Shown here in pieces: positions 1 through 12,744 of a stretch of 64,000 bases of DNA. The number at the start of each line of letters is the position of its first letter. Positions within the stretch are counted from its first letter, which is position 1. The DNA is taken from NCBI RefSeq assembly GCF_963921235.1, contig NC_086097.1, positions 212,972,001 through 213,036,000 on the forward strand. Reading direction: 5' to 3'. The notes under the pieces are model-generated. The model saw only the letters and a program-made list of their open reading frames with translations. It was not told the origin of the DNA and made no database searches. The stretch comes from Mobula hypostoma (lineage: Eukaryota). The translations under genes and the position numbers were made by a program.

Positions 1-130
1 TTGCATCTACCCTGTTAATCTCCTTAAGAACTTTGTACGCTTCAATAAGATCACCTTTCATTCTTCTAAACTAAAGAGAGTACAAGCCTATTTTGCTAAA
101 TCTCTCCATATATGACAAACCTCCCGCATG
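1..130 (-). mobile_element. CR1 LINE 3' fragment
   Basis: Reverse strand resembles the CR1 ORF2 C-terminus (GLYSL...RMKGDLIEAYK) seen in other copies in the window. Confidence 0.55.
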
Positions 131-1719
131 CCAAATTCATGACAATGAGATTTTCATATGACAAATTTAAGGTCTTCATTGCATTGTTCACTTGCATTTA
201 GTGAATTGCTCCAATAAATCCCATTACTTTCACCATGAATAAAACAGGAACAGTTCAAAGTTCCAAGTACATTTATTATCAATTGTTTGCTCTCTGTTTT
301 TAGTGTTTTTCAAAGAAAAGCTGTGAACAGTATGGCATATTCAAGGAAACATGAATAATGCTGTGTAATCTTCTCTCAGGCATGTAACTCTTTGAATGCA
401 ATCTATCTACTTCCTGGGGCAGAGCCTCCATGTCATATTTGTGTTGAATATTCCTTATAACAATCATGACAAAATGAGATTAAAGATAGCGAAGTTTGGT
501 AGGTTATTGTTTTATTAATGGTATATTGTCAATAAACAGAGAAATTCCAACCCCACCAGCAGCTAGTCAAATCCCAAAAGGATCAGGTCTTTTCAAAAGT
601 GTCTTCTTCAAGGAATTGTATAGCCAAATCAAAAAAACAGAGGGTAGCAAGGTAAACAAGCACTGAGCTTTGGCATTGCGTAAAGACTCAGACAAAGAAA
701 GGAGTGTTGTGTGAGATGTAGTTACTATTACACAAGGGATAACAAGAATTAAAACTCTGGCAGGGGGCCATACCAGGTTCTTCAGGTCACTAATTAAACT
801 TCACAAGACCCGGCCTGACAAAAAGTACAAGTAGGCCTTTTCTTCCATGTGTCCTGCAATTATTTGAAATGAATAGGTGACTTCATCTTCTCCTAGCAGT
901 GATTGTAATTTTAGGACAATTGCCAAAGAAACATATTTCTAACTATTCAAAGACGTCATTCAAGCTGTGTTTATTTTTAAATTACCAGAGCTAACATTCA
1001 CCTGGAACACAGTCACTCTTTCTTTGGGGTCAACAGTATGTATCAATTGGTTTGGAGATTTGTACTGCGATTAATTGGAAATTGCAGCCATCCATCATCT
1101 TTATCGTGTTTTGCACCAAGCAATGTTCGTATCCATGAAACAATTTTTACACAATCACGATTGCCTGTGCTGATTTTCTGAAAAATTTACAGGCTGTTAA
1201 CATTTCTAATAACTTGTCACTGGTGTTAACTATAACCGAAGTACTGTTAACTATAACCACTGTCGTTGAATAGAGGTGGTAAATGGTGATAAACCTGTCT
1301 CTCAAATTGCTTTAGTTGCCTGGTTCCATTAAATCAATGGCCACTTTACATCTGCAAAAATATTGTGAAAAAGCTAATTTTGTTTGTGCTGAGCTAAAGC
1401 AGCATGGCTTCTTGGCTGTCAGTCCCTGGACTGAGTTATGTTGTTAAAATGCCCCACAGGGAGACGGATTGAAATCTTCTGTACATGAAGACATTAAAAG
1501 TTAAATTTATTTTACAAGTTCCTGCACAGCAGTAATAAAATTTGTCTCACATAAGGATTTGCCAATTTTGAAGAAAATGTTAAAATCAGAGATAGATGAG
1601 ATAATAGCAAAGTATTTATTTAGTAAAAACTAGAATAAATTTAACAGATTTATTAATGCCTATGTCTTTAGCATGAGTTCATTATTTCAAAATTTTAGAA
1701 TGCCTTTCTCAGCCTCATT

Positions 1720-2130
1720 CTACCCCAAAGTGTTTTACGGCCAGGTTTTGAAGAATAGTCACTGTTGTAATGTGGGGACATGACAACCAAGCTCCCATTA
1801 ATAGTAAAATAATAATAACTAGAAAATACTTTGTACTCATTTGCAGGATGTAGATGGCAATGGCATCATTTATTCTTGTATGTTATTGCCCCTGGGAAGT
1901 TGGTGACAGGTCTCCTTCTTAAACTTCAGCAGCCCGTCTGGTGAAGGTACTCCTGTGGTGTTGATGGATAGTGGTCCTGGATCCAGACCCCACAACAACA
2001 AAGAAATCTGTTTTTGTTTTGCTAACAAACGTATAAAGTTTGGCAAGGAAAACGGCCCTTGGAAAGACTGACTTGAATTGAGAGGACAGATGAGATCTCA
2101 GTTTAACCTCTCGTTAAAATCCATTCAAAA
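1720..2130 (-). mobile_element. Degenerate DeuSINE-like (AmnSINE1/SacSINE1-type) element, interrupted
   Basis: CCCAAAGTGTTTTAC...TAGTCACTGTTGTAATGT and GAGAGGACAGATGAGATCTCAGTTTAAC resemble the reverse DeuSINE tail and Deu domain, recalled from memory. Confidence 0.35.
1845..2000 (-). mobile_element. Degenerate LINE 3' end nested in the SINE
   Basis: GGATGT...CATTTATT...TTGCCCCTGGGAAGTTGGTG...TGGTGAAGGTACTCC resembles a common elasmobranch LINE tail. Confidence 0.35.
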
Positions 2131-2869
2131 TAGGATGTAATGTAGGAACTCAATTATCTTTAAAAATACATTTAACTCATTTATTCAGATATAAGGCACA
2201 CACAAACCACTATGCTAGTGAATTGTATCAAACAAAATCAGTCAAGTGAGTAAAGTTCTTTATTTTAGATTTTATTAAATATTTATTAAAGTTTTTGTAC
2301 AGAAGTTCATGTGTTGGTTTACATTCAATAAAAACAAGTTGCCAGTTCTCACAGACTACTAAAAGTAATGTTTAAAATAATGGCAGTAGTTAAAATATGA
2401 TAACTTTTGCATTTATCTATAACTAGTAAAAGCTTAATGAAAATTTGAGTCATATAATCATGAGTGTGCTGTAAACCAATTATATACTTCAGTACCATAC
2501 TTTAGCATTCACAGTTCTGTAAAAGACATCATAATACTGTGTATCATAATCATAATCATAAATCCAATCCTAATGCTATAGAACCCAGAAATTTCGACCT
2601 AAAATTTAAAAAGTAGCAATACTGATCAAGGCCTTTTTTAAAAAATAGAAGAATGCCTGGCCTATCAAATCTCATGACTGATTAGGAGGTGTAGAAAGGA
2701 TTTTGTTTGTTCAAATTACTTCATCTTGAAACATAGTCCCATTCCTCACAGCTCTCGTCATGAATTATTTATTGTTTATCATCCTTATAAAATTAGCATC
2801 AAGAATGGAATTAACAATACTAGTGATAACAAGAGAAAGTTGTCTTTTCCTTTAAGTGTAGGTGAACTG

Positions 2870-4985
2870 CCAAGGATGTAATGTTAATGGCTGAACATGT
2901 CAACCCAGAGTCACAGAGCGGCTTCTCTGCTGGATGGTCAACTGTGGACATGATTTTCTCTCTCTGTTCCAACTCCAGGAGAAGTGTGGAGAACAAAAAA
3001 AGCTCCTTAACATTACATTTATTGATCTCACCAAGGCGTTTGACTTGGTCAGCAGAGATGGGCTCCTTCACATCCTCTCTAAGGTAGGCTGCCCGCCAAG
3101 ATTCCAAAACATGATCAAGTCCTTCCACAACAACATACAAACATAGAAACATAGAAAATCTACAGCACAATACAGGCCCTTCAGCCCACAAAGCTGTGCC
3201 GAACATGTCCTTACCTTAGAACTACCTAGGCTTACCCATAGCCCTCTATTTTTCTAAGCTCCATGTACCTATCCAGGAGTCTCTTAAAAGACCCTATCAT
3301 TTCCCCCTTCACCACCGCCGCCGGCAGCCCATTCCATGCACTCACCACTCTCTGCGTAAAAAAATTTACCCCTGACATCACCTCTGTACCTACTTCCAAG
3401 CACCTTAAAACTATGCCCTCTCATGTAAGCCATTTCAGCTCTAGGAAACAGCCTCTGACTATCCACACGATCAATGCCTCTCGTTATCTTGTACACCTCT
3501 ATCAGGTCGCCTCTCATCCTCCATCGCTCCAAGGAGAAAAGGCTGAGTTCACTCAACCTATTCTCATAAGGCATGCTCCCCAATCCAGGCAACATCCTTG
3601 TAAATCTCCTCTGCACCCTTTCTATGGTTTCCACATCCTTCCTGTAGTGAGGCGACCAGAATTGAGCACAGTACTCCAAATGGGGTCTGACTAGGGTCAT
3701 ATATAGCTGCAACATTACTGCTCGGCTCTTAAACTCAATCCCATGGCTGATGAAGACCAAGGCACCAAATGCCGTCTTAACCACAGAGTCAACCTGCATA
3801 GCAGTTTTGAGTGTCCTATGGACTCAGACCCAAGATCCCTCTGATCCTCCATGAAGGGGACAACAGCAGCGCTTTGCAGAACTTAAACGTAAGCAGTGGC
3901 ATTAAGCAAGGCTGTGTTCTCAGACCCTTCAGGATCTGTTTTGCCCTTCTACTGAGGCATGCATTTGGTACTGCAACAGAAATCATTTACATCCACCCTA
4001 GATCAAATGGCAGGCTTTCTAACTTCTCTTACTTAGGAGCTAAAACAAAAATTCGCAAGGCTATGATCAGAGGCCTGCTGTTTGCTGACTCCGCATCAAC
4101 TCTAGACCTTGATGGATCACTTTTCCCAGGCCTGCAAGGAACTTGGTCTGAAAGAGACAAACATCTTGGGACAAGACATGGAGGCACCAGCAGTCATTAC
4201 CACTGATAACTACAAACTGGATGCTTGGGGTTCATCATCAGTGGCAACCTCTCCTTGGATGTAGAAATTGACAAGTGCATTGGGAAAGCTGTAACAGCAC
4301 TTGCCTGCCTCACTACGTGAGTATGAGAGAACTCCAAACTCTCAGTCTAGACAGCGATAGCAGTGTACAACGCTTGTGTCACCAGCACACTACCGTACAG
4401 CAGCGAGACCTGGACAAGCAGGAGACAAGGCTCAACACCTTCCATTTAAGGTGGTTTTGTCACATCCTGGGCATCTGCTGGAGAGACAGAATACCCAATG
4501 CTGAGGTTTTCTCTCGTGCTGGCCTTCCTAGCATGTACACCCTGCTCAGGCAGCATAGGCTGTGCTGCTGAATCACGTCTTCTGCATGCAGGGTGGCCGT
4601 ATCCCAAAAGACATCCTCTATGGTGATCTGGCTTCAGGCAAGAGAAATGCTGGCCGCCAGCAACTGCGCTACAAGGATGTCTGCAAGTGGGACATGAAGG
4701 CGCTGGTCATCATGGCCTGGGAGGAACTTGCAGTCGAGGGCAGCGGATCAAAGAGCACCCTGAAGAGCACCTTAAGTCAGGCGAGAAAAAGTTCCCGAAA
4801 GTGGCAGAAGACAAACAGGCCCACAGAGAGGAACGCTGCATCTCCAGTGGATCTGAGACCATTTGTAAATGTGACCTTTGCAACAGAGACTGCCAGTCTC
4901 ACATCTGTTTCATCAGCCACAGACAGCGCTGCACCAACAACATGGATGCAATATTCATGGTCAACCTCAACCAAAGAAGGGCAAG
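2870..4985 (+). mobile_element. RTE-clade LINE, 5'-truncated, decayed RT
   Basis: PESQSGF...STVDMIF, QLQEKCGEQ...FIDLTKAFDLVSR, GIKQGCVL, LLFAD, RIPKDILYG and C-terminal CDLCNRDC...HRQRC; frameshifted and split by a CR1. Confidence 0.85.
3140..3850 (-). mobile_element. CR1 LINE 3' fragment inserted in the RTE
   Basis: ORF 3284-3799: LVRPHLEYCAQFWSP...ERVQRRFTRM...RGDLIEVYK; ACATAGAA repeats at the tail. Confidence 0.9.
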
Positions 4986-4989
4986 AAAA

Positions 4990-5550
4990 GGGTGAACTGA
5001 AAAGAATGCAATGCTGAGGCTTTATAAGGCATTGGTCAGCCTTTATCTGGAATATCGTGTTCAATTTGGGCCCCATAGCTAAGCAAAGATCTGCTGGCAT
5101 TGGAAAGGATCCAGAGTAGGTTCATGAGAATGATCCTGGAAATGAAAGGATACGACGAACGTTTGATCAACCAGGGCCTGTACTCATTGGAGTTCTGAGA
5201 AAAGAGGGAGATTCTCATATACCGAATATTGAAAGGCCTGGACAGAATGATGTGGAGAGGATATTTCCAATAATGGGAGAGTCTAAGACCAGAATAGAAG
5301 GACCTTCTTTCAGAACAGAGATGGGGAGGAATTTCTTCAGCCACAGTGTGATGTATCTGTGGAATTCATTGTCACATACAACTGTGAAGACCAAGTCATT
5401 GGGTATATTTAAGGCAGAGGTTGGTAGGTTTTTGATTAGTGGGGGTCAAAGGTTATGGGGAGAAGGCAACATAATCGGGTTGCAAGTTAAAATAAATCAG
5501 CCTTGATGAAATGGTGGATCAAATTCTACTCCTGTGTCTTATGGCCTTAT
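4990..5550 (+). mobile_element. CR1 LINE 3' fragment
   Basis: LYKALV...LEYRVQFG, ERIFPIMGESKTR, FRTEMGRNFFS; tail TCTTATGGCCTTAT. Confidence 0.85.
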
Positions 5551-5904
5551 CTTCTAAGGCCACATGGCATAAAGGGATAAACCTTGGACTCTGCAAAGTG
5601 CTGTTATATAAAATGGGGCCGTATTGCCTCATGTTGGAATTTGTTAAAGATTAACAAGAATCACCTAAAGAGAAATTAATTGTTTCTTTGACTAAAGTTC
5701 CTCTTTGTACATTTGCCTAAATCAAAACAACCCGCTGATATGTAATCCTACACATCCAAACAGTTCCCCCTATATTTCCTTAAGGAAGAAAAGAGAGGCA
5801 GGGATTCAAAACGGTTTAGCAGAGGAATCCTAGAACACAATTCTAGAATTGTAGAGCTTCACAAAAATTCAGAACTGAAGGATGGAAGAGGGCTGGAATA
5901 GATT

Positions 5905-6145
5905 TTATTTTATGACATATAGTACAGAGTAGCCCCAACACCCAGTAATCCCCAATTTAACCCTGGCCTAATTATAGGACAATCTACAATGACCAATTAA
6001 CCTACCGACCGATACATCTTTGGACTGTGGGAGGAAACCGGAGTACCCAGAGAAAACCCGGCACAGTCAAACAGACAGAGCGGGAATTGAACGAGCCGCT
6101 GGTGCTTTAAAGTGTTGTGCTAACCATTATGCTACCGTGCTGCTC
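5905..6145 (-). mobile_element. V-SINE (HE1-like) tRNA-derived SINE
   Basis: GGACTGTGGGAGGAAACCGGAGTACCCAGAGAAAACCC (reverse V-domain), reverse B box GGGAATTGAAC, reverse head GCTAACCATTATGCTACCGTG. Confidence 0.75.
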
Positions 6146-6379
6146 GAGATAAAAAGAGATTACAAAATTGTGAAGGAAGTAGATCATGGAATAAAACCAC
6201 TGAGAAATAAGCATTCTGCTCTCAATTCACCGATCTTTCAAAAATTTACCCATCTCCTCTCTACATACATCCAAGTGATTTAGACTCCACAGTCATTTGG
6301 GAGAAAGAGTTCCAGGATTCAACACACTCTACAAAAGCGATTCCTGTACACCTCAGTTTCAAATGACTGATCATTATCT

Positions 6380-7390
6380 TCAAAGTTCAAAGTACAGATA
6401 TTTTCGAAGTATTTATACTGGCAATCTTACGTTGAGGTCAATGCTGAATGGCGTCTCCTGTGACACTGCTGGTACCAAACTGTATCGGTCTCTGCCATTC
6501 CTTTGGATTCATCAGATGCGTGGAGAGGTGGAGCTTGCTACATGGGCAACAGCTTGCTCTCCATATCATACTGCCCTGGCTTGCATATCTAGACAGCTAG
6601 GATGCAATATCCGTGGTCAATTCTGACCAATAGTGTCCTCCTTCTCCTACCATATACAACCTTGAGATTTGTCCCCTTACAGGCAGCCATAAAACAAAGA
6701 AACCTGATTTAAAAAGAAGAGCATCAAACAACCAAACAAGAACAAATCGTGCAAACAATAAAGGTAAACAAACAACATTCAGAGCTGAGTTGACAAAAGT
6801 GAGATCACAGCCACAAAGCCAGTCACAGCCAATCCAGGAGCCTGTTAGTTGTAGGCCACAGACTTAGTTCAGTGCAGAGACAAGTAAACCTCACTGAGCA
6901 GTGAACTGAACACTGGCCTGTCCCTTGCCTCCAAAACTGACATCCTGACATTTTCAATCTGGCCCAGTGCTTAAATCAGCCAACCCACGGCTCATTCCTC
7001 ACTCTCGGACCTTTGATACGCTTTCGGATCTGGGCCCCACAAGCACGATTCAGCCCGTACCCAGACTTTCCAGTCTGGCCTGGTGATTAAATCAGTCAAA
7101 CTTCAGCTCATTCCTCGCTCTTGGGCACGGACCGTGTCGCCTCAACACTGCCCCGCCTCAGATTCAGTGCTTTGAATGGCAATGGCCACACATCGGCTCG
7201 TTTCCTGCTCTTGGGCCTGGGTCTGGCCACCTCGATTCGGCCCGTGCACACCATGCCACAACCATCCTGCTCCTTTGAAAGTTCAGTTCACACCGCAAAA
7301 ATGCTGGATCGTACAGGTGGCTCTAAAGCTCAGCTCTGAAAGGAAAATTACAGGCTACTGATTATTTTCCAGAAAAAATGTGATTAATAA
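6380..7390 (-). mobile_element. Non-coding element with a Rex1/Babar-type 3' tail
   Basis: TTCAAAGTTCAAAGTAC...CATATACAACCTTGAGATT matches the tail attached to the Rex1 ORF end at 61345-62030. Confidence 0.5.
6425..6645 (+). mobile_element. SINE core fragment related to the 9385 and 59693 SINEs
   Basis: GACACTGCTGGTACCAAACTGTAT...GCGTGGAGAGG...GGGCAACAGC is shared with those copies. Confidence 0.45.
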
Positions 7391-7394
7391 AGTA

Positions 7395-8520
7395 GAAAGA
7401 ATTCCTTCAGCCTCCATGTAATCCAGCTCACCGGCTACTTTATCAGGGATGGTACAAGGAACTGGACAGGCTTTGCAAACCTTGGATGTGGCGTTTTCAT
7501 TTAACACTACTTTACGCATGATATGTTTGAGTTTTCCATTGCCATCCTTGCACACTGTTGTGGCAGCATACAGTACCTTTCTTATTGCTCTTCCAGTTGA
7601 CTCTATTGCAGGGGATGTGGCATGCAAATGGTCGATGGATCTCCAATCAAGTTGTAGTTGTCTCAGCCATTCATGATCCCGCAATGCTGGCCCTCTTGCT
7701 TTTACCACATACAAGCCCATTATGACTTGTTGGTGAATGTATTTCACTGTTACCAATGTCATTCCCAAAGGAGTTCTCTTTTCTCCAGTTTAAGTTCTCT
7801 GTTGGCTATCTGTAGGCTTCAGTTTAATATCTTTGAAACACCATTCAGCCTCATTTGGAAGAATGACTGGAACAGCTGAGCCAGTGCCAATTTCATTTTA
7901 ATTAAATTTACAAGTCACTTCTGCAATAAGCTATATTGCTTGTCTATTGTTAGTTTTCTCATCGTAAATCTTAAGGCTACTCAATCCAATGCCACTCGCA
8001 TCATTACCAGATTGTTCATCAACAGCATGCTCTTTTTCAAACTGCAACTCAACTTTTTTAGATTTTTCTCTTCCCTGTGGAGTCCATTGGTCTGGGATAG
8101 CTCCTGCCAGAGCGGTAACACAATTTGTTCAGCCAGGCTGGTTTCTGTGTAGACGTTGCCATTCTGTTCACACTCATTTTCGTTCTTGACTGCAACTCAA
8201 TTGCATCTCTGTCTGTTGTTTCCATTGATACAGCTATTGCAGCTGCTCTTTTAAATGTAAGTTGTGCTTCAGTTAGTAGCCATTTCTAATGTATTCTTGT
8301 AAGATTCCACGAACTAAACAATCATTAAAATGCATCATTAAGCCTGGCACTGAACGGACAATGCTCAGACAACCTCTGTACTTTAACCTCGTAATTTGAA
8401 ATGGACTCCCCTTCCTTTTGATTCTACTTACGGAAGCTAAAGTATTCAGCAATCAACAATGGTTTTGGCTCTAAGTGTTCCTGCATTACATTCATAATGA
8501 TAGAAAAACTGCCATTTATT
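7395..8520 (-). mobile_element. Ty3/Gypsy internal fragment (gag, protease, RT start), decayed
   Basis: ORF 7355-7768 LYVVKARGPAL...WLRQLQLDW...KACPVP...VAGELDYMEAEGIL; upstream gag-like remnant. Confidence 0.8.
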
Positions 8521-8599
8521 TCTCATTTGCTATTCCATTTGCTTTAAAATACTGCTCAATTCACTTAGTACACATATTCCAGTATACATATCTTGTGCA

Positions 8600-9275
8600 A
8601 TCATAAGAACATAAGAACACAAGAAATAGGAACAGGAGTAGGACATTTGACCCATCAAACTTGCTCTGCCATCCAATAAGATCATGGCTGATCTGGCCAT
8701 GGACTCATCTCCATATGCCTTCCTTTTCCCCATAATCCTTAATTCCCCTTCTATGCAAAAATATATCTAACCTTGTCTTAAATATATTTACTGATGTAGC
8801 CTCCACTGCTTCATTGTCAGGTAACTCCACAGATTCACCACCCTCTGTGAAAAGCAATTCCTCCTCATATCCGTCTTAAATCTACTCCCCCGAATCTTGA
8901 GGCTATGTCCTCTAGTTCTAGTCTTACTTACCAGTGGAAAAAACTTTCCTGCCTCTATCTTATCTATCTCTTTCATAATTGTATATGTTTCTATAAGATC
9001 TCCTCTCATTCTTCTGAATTCTAGAGAGTATAGTCCCAAGTGACTCAATCTCTCCTCATAGTCTAACCCCCTCATCTCTGGAACATCTGCACCACCTCCA
9101 AAGCCAGTATATCCTTCTTCAAGTAGAGACCAGAACTGCACACAGTACTCCAGGTGCAACCTTACCAGTGCCCTATACAGTTGCAACATAACCTCCCTAC
9201 CCTTAAATTCAATCTCTCTAGCACTGAAGGCCAACATTCCATATGCCTTCTTGATAGCCTGCTGCACCTGCAAAC
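8600..9275 (-). mobile_element. CR1 LINE 3' fragment
   Basis: ORF 8788-9273 LVRLHLEYCVQFW...GLYSLEFRRMRGDLIETY...FSQRVVNLW; CATAAGAA repeats at the tail. Confidence 0.9.
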
Positions 9276-9384
9276 CAACAAACCAACTTTCTATGATTTG
9301 TTACAAACCAACCAATTAAACACATTAAGCATAAAAGTTGGGACATCATATTGCAATTGTATGAAATATTGATTATAAACTACT

Positions 9385-9695
9385 TAGAGTGTTGGCGCGT
9401 GGCCAGGTGGTTAAGGTGTCGGTCTAGTGATCTGAAGGTTGCTAGTTCGAGCCCCAGCTGAGACAATGTGTTGTGTCCTTGAGCAAGGCACTTAACCACA
9501 CATTGCTCTGCGATGACACCGATGCCACGCTGTATTGGCCCTAGTGCCCTTCCCTTGGACAACATTGATGGCGTGGAGAGGTGAGACTTTCAGCAAGGGA
9601 AACTGCTGGTCTTTCATACAACCTTGCCCAGGCCTGCGCCCTGGAAACCTTCCAAGGCACAAATCCACGGTCTCATGAGACTAACGAATGCCTAT
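9385..9695 (+). mobile_element. tRNA-derived SINE
   Basis: A box TGGCCAGGTGG, B box GTTCGAGCC, GTGTCCTTGAGCAAGGCACTTAA; second copy at 59693-60007. Confidence 0.85.
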
Positions 9696-10059
9696 GTAAA
9701 AAAACCACTTCGAGCAATGTGTACAGTTGTGGTGTCTGTGTATTTAGTATTTCAGTGTTGTTTGCGTGTATGTTTCTTGCAAAATCATCAGGTATGCTCA
9801 CGGATCTGAGTAGATTGTTTGGAAAAAGTTTAGAAGAGTGTTTCCCAACGTTTTATAGTCCAGCCACCCCCTAAAGCACTTTCATACTTGCCAATGCCCC
9901 CTTAGGCACCTTGATACTTGCTAATGCCCCTCTTGGGCACAATGTACTTTCCGGCACTCCCATAGTGTAAAAACATGTCTACGATATGCTAACACGTGAA
10001 AAATGTTCCTGCATTAAATTTTTATTTGTCTTTAAACCTAGCTTACACAGTAGCTGTGT

Positions 10060-11250
10060 GCTGGACAGCAGCTTCAATATCAATGTGATCCTTGAGCTCA
10101 ATGGTTTTTAGCAAGAGTTGAAATATCTGGCTCAAGCTGTAACGGCAAAAGCCTCAACTCCCCACATGTAATAACGATCAAGTGGTTTCTGTTTTTTTGT
10201 GAGTATGTGGTTCACTGAACTGAAGCCTCTTTCAATGAGGTAGGAGGATGGAAATGCAATGAAGAGCTGCTTGGATTTTCTCGAAAATCTTTGTATGAGA
10301 GTGTAGCCACATACCACAAAAGCCAAACAAGAGAAAATCTGAAGATGCTGGAAATCAAAAGCAGACATTTTTGAAAAACATTTTTGTTTCTTCATCATTC
10401 TGAATTTGGATAATTTCTTCCTGCAAGCTCTCTTCCGGTTCTTCCACCTTGCAAAGAAATGTGGTAATTACCAATCCAGAATTTCCAGATCATTCTAACC
10501 CTTGAATTGATTCTTAAAGTCCTTCTTTAGTGACTGCAGGTGTAAGCTGTACTCTTGCAAATCACCGTCTGTGAAAGAGAGTGCCATACTTCCATGCAGG
10601 AAATCTGTGAGAACATTCTTCTCCCAAAGTTTTGCTTATGAATTTCCAGTTCTCTGATAAAAGTGGACACTGCACTTTTTGTCTGGATTAACTTGAAATT
10701 CTCACCCTACAGTTTCATATTTAGAATGTTCATTTTGTCATACAGATTGGCTAGGTATGCCACATCTCCATGTAGAAGTTCAATCTCGTTTCCCAAGCTC
10801 TTGTCGACTTTGAGCAAAAATTCAACCACAGTGTCAAAAAGATCCAAGAAATGTTTTAAGCAGCCAATGCACTCCAGTGTGAAGAAACAAGTGTTCAAAT
10901 ACTGGTATCCAAGCAAGTGTTTAAAATACTGGTGTTCGTTTTGAGAACAGTGATGAGCACTTATGATACAGTAGGCATTATTAATCTTTCACCAATTGTA
11001 TGAGATGTTCCGCACTTTGATATCATTTTGAAATGTTATAAGAAACAATGAGAACACTATTAAGGTCATTTTTAGCTTTCTTAACAAATGACTTGAGTTT
11101 GCAACACTTTTCAAATGCTTCTTTTATCTTCTGGAACTGAGTAATACCGTAAGTAACCTTTTCAGGGTGTCTTTTATGGAAGTGATCCTGCAATCTTGAT
11201 AGTTTCATGGCTTCATTAGACAGTATAGTATTACAAATAAGACACATGAG
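10060..11250 (-). pseudogene. Disrupted hAT (Buster/Charlie, ZBED/SCAND3-like) transposase
   Basis: CLICNTILSNEAMKLSRLQDHFHKRH (BED finger), DVAYLANLYDKMNILNMKL, AFPSSYLIERGFS (hATC dimerisation region); stops, deletions and insertions. Confidence 0.8.
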
Positions 11251-11282
11251 GTGTTGCTGATTTGACGGGATGTAACATTGTA

Positions 11283-11655
11283 TTCAAAGGTTCAAAGGTA
11301 CATCTAATGTCAGAGAAATGTATACAATATACATCCTGAAATTCTTTTTCTTTGCAACCATTGATGAAAACAGAGAGTGTCCCAAAGAATGAATGACGGT
11401 TAAATGATACAACCCCAAAACCCCTCAAGTTCCCCTCTCCCATGTGTAAGCAACAGCGAAGCAATGATCCCCGCTCCCCCACCTGCAAAAAAACATTGGC
11501 ACCCCCCCACCAAGTACTCAAGCGTGCAGCAAAACATCAATTAAAACACAGGCATGCAGTACCCCAAACACTACTTGTTCACCCAGTAATTCTACATACC
11601 ACAGGCTCTCTCTCTCTCTCTCTCCCTAATAAGGGAAAAAGAGGTGTCTCCTATT
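11283..11655 (-). mobile_element. Non-autonomous retroposon fragment inserted in the hAT transposase
   Basis: Starts with the tandem tail TTCAAAGGTTCAAAGG and interrupts the transposase N-terminus. Confidence 0.45.
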
Positions 11656-12744
11656 GATGCACTTTCTGTAGTTTCTATTTCATAGCAGGACTAGAATTCA
11701 AAGCTTCACCACCTTCAGACTCATAGAGACCACACTGTACATATTTATCCACCATTAATGGGGCTAAATTAAGATAAAAAATTAACACAAACTGGGAATG
11801 CCTATCATATGTTGATGACAGCACTGAGTTGACATGGATGGAACGATGGTAGCGGCACACAAAGGAATGACGAGGTGAAGATGAAGATGATCAAAACAGT
11901 GAAAATTACATTGACAAGGATTCAGATTGAAATCAGTATATTAGTCAGGATAGAACTGGTGTTCAGCAAGCTACCTTTATACTATTCTAATTAGCATGAT
12001 TGGCCAATCACTTGAGGACTCATAATCCTCAAAGATGGTTCTTGACCGTACATATGAAGCCAAGATTGCTTTGAACACCTCAAGAGGAATCCTGTGGGTA
12101 TGCAGGTTCACTGATTGTCTCTATTTCACTGTTTTGTTACAACCAGCACTGTATCATTGTTCGACCTGTAGATCTGTAGAGAAAGTTGAGAGGGTGTACT
12201 TGACTTACTAACTGCTAAATTGTATGAACTCATTCCAAGCCAAAAGTCAAGGAGAACTGTTGGATACCCTGGTTACTAATTTATGCATCCCCAATAATGA
12301 CTATTTGGTTGGTAAGAATGGATGAGATTGCTGAGTGTCAGACGCGTTGTGACAATGAGTGCTCACTGCCTGCAGAGATATGGTTCTTCCTGTGTTCCAT
12401 TGCCTTATCCTTTTTTATTGAATTGCCTCCTCTATACAGTTAGTCAGGTCTTATGCCTCGTTAGGGTGCCACTTACCACCTCCCACCCCCCCCCCGCCCA
12501 AAATCTTGAATGCCCCCTGATGACTTCTATTTCCCCTTGGGGTCTGTACCATTCCCCGTTTGGGAATCATTTGTCTAGAAAATCTGCTGAGATCTCAGAT
12601 TTATTTCACTCCTTTCTTCCCAACATGATAAGTTGCCAGTTTGTTGGTATAAATGTAAAAGAGAAAGAATAAAGGAAATAATTTCTTTGAGAATATTATT
12701 ACTATGAAGCATCAGCCCTTGTTACCATGGAAATCTTCAATAAA

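Larger units (their letters stand above)
9836..12572 (-). mobile_element. hAT DNA transposon, Buster/Charlie group, both ends present
   Basis: Imperfect TIRs GAGTGTTTCCCAA / TTGGGAATCATTT; 8-bp TSD GTTTAGAA (9828-9835) and GTCTAGAA (12573-12580); subterminal AATGCCCC repeats; transposase remnants. Confidence 0.85.

Noticed and set aside
370..505. Plus-strand AG...GTAGGT exon-like segment
   Set aside because: Stops in all three frames
1224..1258. Duplicated TGTTAACTATAACC resembling a homing-endonuclease site or CRISPR repeat
   Set aside because: Only two short copies 7 nt apart; an ordinary local duplication
3263..3694. 143-aa plus-strand ORF
   Set aside because: Antisense shadow of the CR1 ORF2 fragment; many other listed ORFs are the same
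9390..9465. tRNA-like sequence (also 59698-59770)
   Set aside because: Head of a SINE that continues into a shared body; not a tRNA gene
10060..11250. Domesticated ZBED/SCAND3-like gene
   Set aside because: Multiple stops, deletions and insertions; enclosed by TIRs and a TSD
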